From contig NW_015175410.1 in assembly GCF_001447785.1 (NCBI RefSeq), forward strand, positions 152,230-216,229: a stretch of 64,000 nucleotides of DNA, given 5' to 3'. How positions within the stretch are numbered: position 1 is the stretch's first letter; each line of letters begins with the position of its first letter. Positions 49,917-60,699 of the stretch are shown piece after piece. Origin of the DNA: Gekko japonicus (taxonomy: Eukaryota). The notes under the pieces were generated by a model, which did no database searches, was not told where the DNA came from, and saw only the letters and a program-made list of their open reading frames with translations. The position numbers and the translations under genes are program-made.

Positions 49917-50702
49917 CATAAGAACATAAGAGATGCCAATGTTGGATCAGGCCAAAGGCCCATCCAGTCCAACACTCTCTATCCCACAGTGGCCAGAAAT
50001 ACCAGTGCCATCAGGAGGTCCACCAGTGGGGCCAGGACATTAGAAGCCCTCCCACTGTTGACCCCCCCAAGCACCAAGATGACAGAGCATCACTTGCCCC
50101 AGAGCCCCTATCTATACCTTGTGGCTAATAGCCACTGATGGACCTCTGCTCCATATGCTTATCTAATTCCCTTTTGAAGCCGTCCATGCTTGTAGCCGCC
50201 ACCACCTCCTGTGGCAGTGAATTCCATTTGTTAATCACTCTTTGGGTGAAGAAGTACTTCCTTTTATCCGTTCTAACCCGACCGCTCAGCAATTTCATGG
50301 CGTGCCCACGAGATCTTGTATTGTGAGAAAGGGAGAAAAGTACCTCTTTCTCTACCTGCTCTTTCCCATGCATAATCTTATAAACCTCAATCATGTCTCC
50401 CCTCAGTCGCCGTTTCTCCAAGCTAAAGAGCCCTAAGCGCCTTAACCTTTCCTCATAGGGAAAGTGTTCCAACCCTTTTATCATTCGAGTTGCCCTTTTC
50501 TGCACTTTTCCCAAAGCTATAATATCCTTTTTAAGGTGTGGTGACCAGAATTGCACACAGTATTCCAAATGAGGTCGCACCATTGATTTATATAGCGGCA
50601 TTATGCTATTGGCTGATCTGTTTACAATACCCTTCCTAATAATCCCCAGCATAGCATTGGCCTTCTTTATTGCAGTCACACACTGTTTCGACATTTTCAG
50701 TG
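49917..50702 (-). mobile_element. Young CR1 LINE, 5'-truncated, inserted in an L2-type tail
   Basis: Near-identical to 20220-21011 in reverse orientation. It interrupts TTTATTTATTTACAT...GATTTATACCCTGCCCTCCCC. Confidence 0.93.
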
Positions 50703-52171
50703 ATTTATACCCTGCCCTCCCCACTGGAGCAGGCTCAGGGCGGCTTGCATAAAAGATTAAAACAGATAAAACCAGAATGTTTATAATACATTTAAAAGTG
50801 CTAGTGTGCAATACTACAAATATGATGGCTGAACGCAGTATCAGATCAATCATAGCGGGAATACAGTCAGCAATAATTTTGGGACAATTATCTCGGTCCC
50901 ATACTAAATTCCAATTTATACCGGCAAGGAACAGGCTGCTGCTGATGGCTCCAGGGCGCACAAACCTATACCACTTTCTATCAGATTCAGAAACCTACTG
51001 ACCACTACAGATATCTCCAGACTTCTAGCTAACATCTAGAACATGCCACACAATCCATTGTATACAACCAAGTACTATAGGAAAACCACATTTGTGTGGG
51101 TTCCTTGGACAGAGACTCCCACTTACAGGATTTACGTGAGGTGTTCTTGAAATTACAATACCCATTCAAGTGACAAATCAGATTGATATGGCGAGACTGG
51201 TAAATGGAGATAGATCACTACAGAACAGACCAAAGATGGTGACAGAACGCCACCTAACTAAAGCTACTGCAGTTTATCTACAGTCTGTTCTGGACAAAGA
51301 GGATTCTCTCTCATGGGCGGTAGACTTTTGTTTACAAACAGTCTTCTAGAGAGTTATTTACCTAACAGAGACAATAGCCCAGGGATCAGACCCTGAACAA
51401 ACCCAGATTGCCAATCTGTCACCATATGCACTCAGGCAGAACTCTACACTGGACAAATAGGCCATTTTCTGCATGAAAGATTAGAATAAACACACATTTG
51501 ATATTAAAAACAGGCAATTTTAGAAACCAGTGGGAGGATGTTTCAGTCTACTGGGACACTCTGTTGCTGATCTATAAATCAGCATTCTTCAGAGGAAAAC
51601 CAAAAATTAGACTCCAACAGAAATTACTGAATCGGAATCAATAATTTGATAGTATTTTATGCTACATCACATCTGTTTTTAAGGTACCACAAGACTTTTT
51701 TTTACTTCAAAAGACTAAAAATGGCTACCACACTGAAATTTAAGTTGTACAATGGAAATATTGCCTCAATTATTCAAGCTTGTTTTGAAAGGAAACATTG
51801 TCTCCTTATGATTCCCACCCTTACCATAGGTTCTGGATTGCACAACTAGGCCAAGAATGGCACAAATTACGATGCCTCCATTTCTAGGTAAGGAAACTCC
51901 TAACAAAGTAATGTTTATGATGAAATGTGAAAATATATCCAAAAGGGTTATTTCAAATTCCCTTTTAGATATTTTTAAACTTCCTAACTTGCATGGATCA
52001 CACGTTCTTTAAGTCTTTCAAAATATTGCTTCTCCAGGAAAATATGCATTGTTTTTAACCAACAAATGTTTCACAAGCATGGTAGGTTCAAAGTCATACT
52101 GCATACAAACAAGCATTCATAAGCATCTTAGGAGAACAAACACCACCACGGTTACTTCATGTCATGATTTC

Positions 52172-53217
52172 TGTCATGGTGTGGGGCAAGACTAGCCACC
52201 GTTTTGCCCCCCTTTTTCACTGTCACCACCATCACCTCAGGGTAAAATCCTGCCTCTCTACGTCACGTGGGTTGCCCCAAGGTCAGCCTCACAGGGATGT
52301 CACACTGCAGCGTGCCAAGCAGCCAGGCAGGTGGGTAAGGACTCATACAGACACAAGTTAAACTAATTTTATTTCTACAAGGTACTAATTCAGGGTACTA
52401 CAAAAGGGCAGGATCTAGGTGCACTAGGCAAAATAAATAGAAGGATAGTCACTAAGAAGAAGAAGAAGAGAAGAAGAGATTGGATTTATACCCCGCCCTT
52501 CACTTGGAGTCTCAGAGCGGCTTACAAACGCCTTTCCCTTCCCCTCCCCACAACAGACACCCTGTGAGGTGGGTGGGGCTGAGAGAATTCTGACACAAAC
52601 TGCTCTTTTTCAAGGACAGCTGTGCCAGAGCTTGTGACTGACCCAAGGTCACATCAGCAGGTGCAAGTGGAGGAGTGGGGAATCAAACCCGGTTCTCCCA
52701 GATTAGAGTCCACACACTTAACCATTACACCAAACTGGCACTAAGGTACTATCCATGGTATATCTGATCTCTGGTAGTCGCAAGATGCCCCCGTCCCTGG
52801 TACATCTGCAACCCCCTTTAGCATCATTCTCCTCCCTCATCCTTCATGGTAAACCGACACCAAATGATGCGCCAGAAGCACTCCCAGAGTGGACTCAAAA
52901 GAGCTCTGCAAACAAAGGAACAGCTCCCATTTTCAGAGCCCACCCCACGTGTGCTCTGGAGCTTTCAGTCAATCTGGGTGCCAACTCCTGTGGGCTCAAG
53001 CCTCTCAGCCTGGACCCTCCGATCAAGAGGGGTCATCACATTGAAGGGCTTGCATGTTTTCCCTCTCAGTTGGAAAATTATGCTCTCTACCTGGGAAGTG
53101 CACCTCCTCCCCTTCTTCCCAACCACAGAGACGTCAGGCCCCCATTTTCCATCACCATAACTGTCACAGCACCTCTTGCCCCCCTCTGCCCTTCCTCTCA
53201 TCACATTCCATGTTACA
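52172..53217 (-). mobile_element. Possible solo LTR carrying a SINE
   Basis: TGTCATGG...CCATGTTACA ends and a minus-strand AATAAA near 52370. No TSD. Confidence 0.35.
52457..52738 (-). mobile_element. Full-length tRNA-derived SINE (Squam3-like)
   Basis: Minus-strand A and B boxes (TGGTGTAATGGTT, GGTTTGATTCC), (CTT)n tail, TSD CACTAAG. Confidence 0.85.
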
Positions 53218-55004
53218 GAAAAACATTTTTATATCAAACACTTACTAGTTGGCAGCTTAATCCTCCCTTTAGGTTGATGTCATGTTATTTTCACAACTAA
53301 CAAAAATATAGCATATTAAAAAGAATAGTACTGAAATATAAGAAATCTGCTCTCTGTGTAAAGATGGTGACAGGCACTCCATTCTGGGTAATATGAATCC
53401 TAAAAACTAGGGTAAAGCAAGCAGCCGTGCTTTCAATATCTTGGAGGAAAAACTAGACTCAAAGATATTTATCCCACACACACACACACACACACACACA
53501 CTTCATTTGAAACTTTGAACATAGATGGCCAATTCTGCAGGAAATACCAGCAGACATCATAGCTTATTTGGCTTTCTCAAGGGGAGTAAATAATGAGATA
53601 TACTTACATTAAGATTTCAGGATAAAAAAATTAAAACTTGAATTATCACTATGGCTTCCAGAAGCATTCCACAAGTAGTTTGGAAAAGGGAGTCTTAATA
53701 CCAAGTGCCAATCCAGAATGATGACATGGCCAGTTAATCATTACATGTTGTTTCAAAGACGTAATGGATATTATTATTTTTACAGAAACATGCAGTGAAA
53801 ACAAAGAACCAAAAATAGTGTTTCAGCAGAAGCTTAGGTCTCAGTGTTTCCTTTCAAGAATGGCAATAGTCCAAGATACACAAACAATGTACAATATTTC
53901 CAAAAGAGTAGAGATCCCTTCATTTGAGAGGGGAAAGGAGAAAAAGGGGAAAAAATCAGACAGTTGTTGAAAATAGCTTAACCCAAGCTTTAAAGAGGCA
54001 GTTTTTAGAAAGGAAAAAGACACACATCTCTGGGCAAACCACTGACACAACAAAGCTGTAGGGCAGACAGCAGGCTGGAGAATTTCCAGCTGGGGTGGAG
54101 GAGGCAGGAAAACTGAGAAAAACATCAGTGGAATTTGGGCAGAAAATCTACTGTGAGGAAACAGTTCATACTTCCTTTGCTGCTTCAGTGGAAAAGATAT
54201 TTAGATAAAACTTCTTCTTTATTGTCAAGAGAAAGGCCAATTGTTCTACCTGAACAGCAGCTCTACACCATCAGACCCTCATCCAATTTCCCTGCCTTCA
54301 GAGAAATGTGATATACAGGCACTGTGTGTGTGTATAACCTTTCCAATGTCTCTGCTGCATGGATGGGAAACATAACTACTTCACAGAGAATGACTTATAG
54401 CTTGACTTCACTTTTCTGAATTCCATCTCACTAGCAGAATAGCCTGAACAAGCACACGGCTTTCAGAGGATTCCTATCGAGAAGGTAAGCCACAAATTAT
54501 CATTCCAGGTGTATACATGGCAAATCAGAAAAATGAAGATAATCCACTCAGACATCTATGGGAAATGATGCCCATGCACCTGCAAATATCATCAGTAGGA
54601 AAAAGAGCCATTACATCTACAGTTTTTTTAAAAAAGTTATAAATACCTATATGCAGTCTTCAACTCTGTTGTGAACTTCAGTACCCGTATCCCATGTACT
54701 CTTAACTATGTATGTGCAAAACTCACTGCAGGAATTTCTTTGTTCAGGCCAGTTTCCTGATTTAAAACACTGGGTTTCCATGAAAAATTTGGCTGATAAT
54801 TTAAATCCTACTTTATTCAAAATTATCATTTCCCCTCTTAAAATAACAGGCTTTAATGTATTTTTCACACATACATTTCTTCATACCCCCACTGTATAAT
54901 GGATTTTGTAGGATTATGTGAAGGGTTATTCTTCACACATGAATCATTTCATCAAGAAGAGTGCGAAATAGACAGGAACTGTTGGTTAAGAATGCAACAC
55001 AACT

Positions 55005-56706
55005 GACTTCTGGTTTTGGCGACTCAATGGCGGACGTGTCTCTCGAGCGCTCCCGATCCGTGAACTAGTGGATTGAGAGAGGGTGCAATTGTACGCACCC
55101 CCCAGGGGCGCTTACAAGGGGTTCAAGCCGAGGGGCGCCTCTCCACTGGCGTGCTGCCAGGGGATTGAGGCACCCCAAATGCCCCGAAGGTCTCTGCCAC
55201 TGCGTTCCCTTCTTGGGACTAAGAGGCATACACAGGGACAAGCGTGTGCAGATCGAGCACTTTAAAAGTTTGAAGGCGAGATCAACACGATCGACATTAA
55301 AAGTGAGTCTGGTTGAAACGAGCACCAGAGAACCGGCTGAAAGTCCCCCTTAAACTAAGTGAGGGGCGGGGGAATTAAAATGGACTTTAAATATGATTGT
55401 TTGAGGGGGATGGAATGAAAAGCAATATGGGACTAAAGTAAGGAAGTTACAAGAGATTTCCAAGCGGTTTGCAGACTTTAGAGACTTTTGGCAAAATAGA
55501 ATAAATGTAAACATTCTCAAAGATGTCGCACAAAAAGACGGAGAAAGACAAGCTTCCGAAAACTAAGCCTCCTTCAGGAAGTGCTAGGCCAGCGAGTGTG
55601 GTCACGTGACTGGACACAACTATAGACTTTTCAAAAATGCTAACAGAGGATTTGCGACCCCTGCTGGAGCAAATGAAAATGCTCAATGAAAATTTTGCCG
55701 CACAACAACAACAACTACATAAAACTGTAAAAAAAACCAGAGCAAACAGTAGAGAACTTGAAAAAAGTGGATGCCACTACAAAAAAGCTTAAAAAACAAA
55801 TGCAAGAGATGGAAAAGAAGAGAAACTCTGATGAAGCGTAATTACTACAAGTTCAAATGGAAAAGGCAAGCTTTATCCTGAGGTTTCAGGGGGTTCCTGA
55901 GAATAAAGGGGGGAATCTCAAGCAGACTATGGCTGGAATCTTTGGGACTGGTTGCAGATTTAAAAGCAAATTTCCTTTTAAGCGAGATGGATGTGATCTA
56001 TAGGTCATATTCAGAATTTATAAAGAAAAATAATCTGCCCAGGGAGGTGGTGGTGAGGTTCTCCAGAAGACAAGTAAGGGACCAGATCCTAAAAGCATTG
56101 GAACTACCCTATTCCCTTGGAAATAAGGGAAAAGAGGAATAAATATAGAGACTTGGCATTGTTTTTACAAAAGAATAACATCTCTTACAAATGGATTCTA
56201 CCTGAAGGATTACTCTTCAAATATAAAGACAAGAGAGAAAAAATTGACTCTGTTATGAAAGCACGAGAGTTTCTGTGGCAGCAGTCGGGACCAGCGGGAG
56301 AAGATGATGAGGACAAAGGGAGCGACGATGAATCACCTGCTGAAGAAGGCTCAGACTCGGAATTTGGGGCGGCTGCCTTTAAGCAAGGCTACCGTTTGAG
56401 GGAAAGAAGACATGAAAAAAATGAGATGCTGATTCTCTCTGAAGTTTGCTTTTAACTTTATAATTGACTCTTGTTTAGAACTTTACTAAATCAGATTACC
56501 TGGACTCGAAGTATATAAGCGATTTTTATAGTTCACTTGTAACAATATAACCTTAAATATTACAAGCTATGATATGTAACAACTGTAGTATCTCCACCTC
56601 TTGAGTTTTTAGTGGTTATGCTTTACTTTCTCTCATAGTTTGTAGTTTCCCCATCCTGTTTTTCTTGTAGTTTCAGAAAACTCAAAGAAATTGTCAAAAA
56701 AGAGAA
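55005..56706 (+). mobile_element. ORF1-only L1 derivative (half-L1-like)
   Basis: TSD AAGAATGCAACACAACT(GA) at 54988 and 56707. CpG-rich 5' end with ATGGCGG, ORF1 remnant at 55523-56455, A-rich tail, no ORF2. Confidence 0.85.
55523..56455 (+). pseudogene. L1 ORF1p (coiled coil, RRM, CTD), disrupted
   Basis: MSHKKTEKDK...coiled coil...FILRFQGVPENKG...EMDVIYR...LPREVVVRFSRRQVRDQILK...IREKRNKY...ISYKWILPEGLLFKY. Confidence 0.85.
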
Positions 56707-57534
56707 AAGAATGCAACACAACTGATGAATTTTGGAATGGTCACTTGTGTTTTTGAATTAAGATTAAAAGGTGCAGGCACTACCATGTCCATCCAAAGTT
56801 AAGTTTTTCCTGAGTCTTGGGATAAATCTACATCCTCAAAATGCTTTCTGTTCTGTGTAGGGATATACTATGCCTTCAGTCTGATCAAATTTCTCCTACC
56901 ATCTCAAAAAAATGTGATTTAGTTGTACAAGGCAAGAATCACGTGAGTGACATAATTATATAAAAATAACATTTTTGTGTTGCACAGAAGTCTTCTTTGG
57001 GAGGGAAGAAAGGTAAACACACACACAAACATATGAGGCTGCCTTCTACAGCATCAAACCATTGGTCTATCAGTGTCTTTCATGTAACACACTATCTGAA
57101 CATTTTTAACTGGTGATGCCAAAAACTGAACCTGAGCCCTTCCACATGCAAAGCAGATGCTCTACTACACTACTTTCTCTCCTGGCAGACATACAGCATA
57201 TGCAGGGAATCGCTGTTTAAAATAAAGGAGAAGCTGAATGAGCTGAGCACAGCAACATGGGGAGAGGTAGGGCTCCTTTCTTCCCCTCTGTACTACTTTC
57301 CAATTGAAACAGCACTGGGGAAGGGAGTTATTTCCCCCTTTTGGCTGCTCCAGATACAGTATTCTGTGCACAAGGAGCAGCCAAAAAGTGGGAAAGAGCT
57401 CCCCCAAGCAATGAATTGGGACTTGACTCTTTTAAAAAATGTAACATTTAAGTCAGCCTTGAGCCACAGACCCTACCCCCACTTTGTGAAAGAGAACAGA
57501 GTCTCAGAAGAGATTCTTCCAATGCCTTTGGTTA

Positions 57535-57720
57535 TTCTTGGCTTATCTTTCAGGAGCTAAGCAGGGTCAGTCCTGGTTAGTATTTGGATGGGAGACTGCC
57601 AAGGAATTCCAGGGTTGACTCGCTATACAGAGGCAGGCAATCGCAACCCCCTTTTGAATGTCTCTTGCCTTGAAAACCCTGCAGGGTTGCCATTAGTTGT
57701 TTGCAAGTTGATGGTGGGGG
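57535..57720 (+). mobile_element. 5S rRNA-derived SINE
   Basis: AGCTAAGCAGGGTCAGTCCTGGTTAGTATTTGGATGGGAGAC followed by a non-5S body. Confidence 0.75.
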
Positions 57721-58186
57721 GGAGACAAAACCATAAGCTTTTCAACTGCTCTTCTATTCATACATGAATTTATGACAGTTTTTCCTAAATCTAGGCTAGC
57801 TGGCATACAACCAAATACATATTTTCTTCAACATTTTTATTCTCAAATAGTCATACTGATCACCCAGTATTTACATAGCTTTTCCTACTTAACTCGCACC
57901 TCTAGGATCAGGATAAACAAACATTCAGCTCATAATTTCTCTTAGTGTTTTCCCACCCAATATTGTAGAGAGACTTTCAAAGCAGAGTGTAAACAAAGAT
58001 AACATTAAGAAATTAAAAAAGAGAGAAAGATGGTATGTGGAAGACATTTTTCTCCTGGAAGCTGGAGACAATGTTCCCAGCAACAAAAAGTTCAAGACAG
58101 AACCACATCACAGCAACTGCCATCGTTCACTCAGCTAATTCATCAACCACAATCCTAACTTTTATTACAGGTACCTTTATTGTGCT

Positions 58187-58892
58187 TAGAGATGTAAAGG
58201 CCCAGAAAAAAACTGGGAAAATTAGGGGGGGAAAGTCCCCCCCCCATTTTTTTCCTAAAGCCTTTTTTGGTTTTTTTCCCGAAAAATTGGAAAAATTGAA
58301 AAAAGAAAAGGAAAGAAAAAAATTGATTATGGAATGTTTTATTTTAACATGATGAAATGCAAGAGATGAAAGACAAGGTGTTCAAATATTTTCCAAATCA
58401 TTTCTAAAAGAGATGTATGGTATCAGATTGATCTAATTTCTGTGCACTGAGGACAAGCAAGTCCTAGGTTACAAACTAAACTCTCCAATGCAAGAACAAG
58501 ATGCATTTCTTCCTTTAGGAGGTGCTATTGTCAGAAGAAAATAAAAAGGTTTCAGTTTTGTTTTTGCATGTGGGTGGGTATTCTGTTTGTAATAATTGTT
58601 TGGATACACTATATTTTTAATATGCTAGTTGTGATAATTTCATGCCAAGTAAAAATGTCCATAGTCATATTTTATGTTCCTAAAGTAACAGAATGACTTT
58701 CAATCTAGAAAAGACAAAAGAAATGCTAATGTAGCATTTTTTTCAATTTTTCCGAAAATCTCCATTTTTTCCCAAGCTTCAAAATTTCCTGAAATTTTAC
58801 ATCTCTAGCTGTTCCTGTTGGCAGCAGAGGATAGGACTCATAACCGGGGTTATTTTCTGAGCTTCAAAATTTCCAGAAAATTTACATCTCTA
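58187..58892. mobile_element. hAT-type MITE with a duplicated right end
   Basis: TIR TAGAGATGTAAA at 58187. TTTACATCTCTA ends at both 58807 and 58892. TTGTGCT lies near both outer flanks. Confidence 0.7.
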
Positions 58893-59074
58893 AGATTTGT
58901 GCTATATCCTTCATTAAGGTTAGGTATCAGCAAGTAGAGGAATAGATTCCATTGAAAAAGAGCCAGGGGGTATGGGGGAAATATTCATAGCATAGCAAAA
59001 AATGAAGTAGTACCATAGTTATATGTCCTTGTGTAGATTAGAAGCCATCTACCCACTATCAACAGATACGACTT

Positions 59075-59285
59075 CTTGCCCTGACTTGGATAGCCCAGGC
59101 AAACCCGATCTCATCAGATCTCAGAAGCTTAGGGCCAACTGTGGCAAGTATTTAGATGGGAGACCTCCAAAGAATACCACGGTCAGGAGGCAGAGGCAGG
59201 CTATCAAGCCACTTCTCTGAAAGTCCTCCATGCCCCAGTAGGAATCACCAGAGGTCACCATGACTTCCAGGCACAGGCACACACA
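59075..59285 (+). mobile_element. 5S rRNA-derived SINE
   Basis: CCCGATCTCATCAGATCTCAGAAGCT...GATGGGAGACC...GAATACC followed by a SINE body. Confidence 0.75.
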
Positions 59286-60699
59286 CAATGCAAAAATACA
59301 AAATAATAATACTAACAGATATGATTTCTTGAAGCCCAAGTACAGAAACATCTGAGAACTGCAAGAATGTCCAGCTTCACAGAGCAGAAGATATAATTCA
59401 AAGATGGATGTGTTGGTTGCAGGCCAAAAGATAGTCATATGTATGAGAAACTTGTAATCATCACTGTGTTTGAATAGACTGTCACTTTGTTAAATTAAAA
59501 TGTAGCCAGAATATATTTTGAGAAGATTTTTCAAGTACAGATAACCTTATATGGGGTGTGAAGTTATAAGATAATGAGCTAGCTAACAACGTGAGCCCCT
59601 ATCATGTTTTTATTTATTTATTTATCTTTAAATTTATATCCCACCCTCCCCAAAGGCTCAGGGCGGCTCACAAGGGGCATGAATGCCTAAGTTAAAACAT
59701 TAAAACAGTACAGAATAATATAAAATACAATAAATACAATTTCACTAAAATTTACTTTACGGTGCTCCAAAATTATTTAACTATAAAAGTTCAAGATGGG
59801 AGTCTAAAATTATTAGTAACAAGCCACAGTAATAACAATAACATGTGAGACAGTTAGTGCTGTTAAAGATGCTAAAATCCTATAAATAAGAGAAGTTGAA
59901 CTGGCCAAGAGGTTCTTCTCAGAAAGGGTTCCATGCCTGTCACCTGCTTATTTGGGGGGGGGGGAGGTATTTTTATGGGTTCATGTAATTGTTCTCCTTT
60001 ATTTATGTAACTATGATGGCTGGTATAACTTTCTGTTGATTTAGTCAATATTAAGAATGCAATAGTTATGCTTTAATAAAAGCTTAAAATAGAAACAGAG
60101 ATTCTCTAATAGTATCGCTTGTGTACTATACCCAGAACAAATCTAGAGCATTACTGAGGAGTACCTCTGACAAGGAGTTAAATGATCTGATATAGGAAAG
60201 CTAACTAGATGCCTAGGGCTTCTTAAGTGCACACCTGTATCTGAATCAGGTCCAACCTGAGTCATCCAGAACAATAAGCAGGAACATAATATCTTCCACC
60301 ATTGCCTCTCCTGCTCATTTTGATGCCAAAGTGCTTTTTCAAATGCATCTGAGTCATGCCTCTGGGCATCATTGGAAATATAGTCTCTAGGGTATTCTTA
60401 AATATGGCATTTGGTCAGAATGTTCAAGGGAGCAAGTCATTGCTTCAAATAACTTGTGAAGAAATGTGTTTTTTTCCTGGGGGGTTTGAAATGAGCCAAA
60501 CCTCCCCTTTGCATTTTAAAAGTCCCCCCCCCCGGCAGAGAACAGGCAGGAGGGGGAGAAACCAGTGCAACTGCTATCCAGATGTATCTCAGCCCACCTC
60601 CATACAAATGCAAATAGAACTAGCAGGAGAGATAATGGGTGGGGCAAGATCTTCCCCTTTTCCCAAGCAGGGAACAGAGAGCTGGAGGAATTAAAATAC

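Noticed and set aside
50125-50961. 278-aa ORF as a host gene or novel fusion
   Set aside because: It is the CR1 ORF2 C-terminus with a chance in-frame extension through an L2-type 3' UTR.
57535-59285. 5S rRNA genes
   Set aside because: Both matches are partial and diverged, and both continue into a SINE body.
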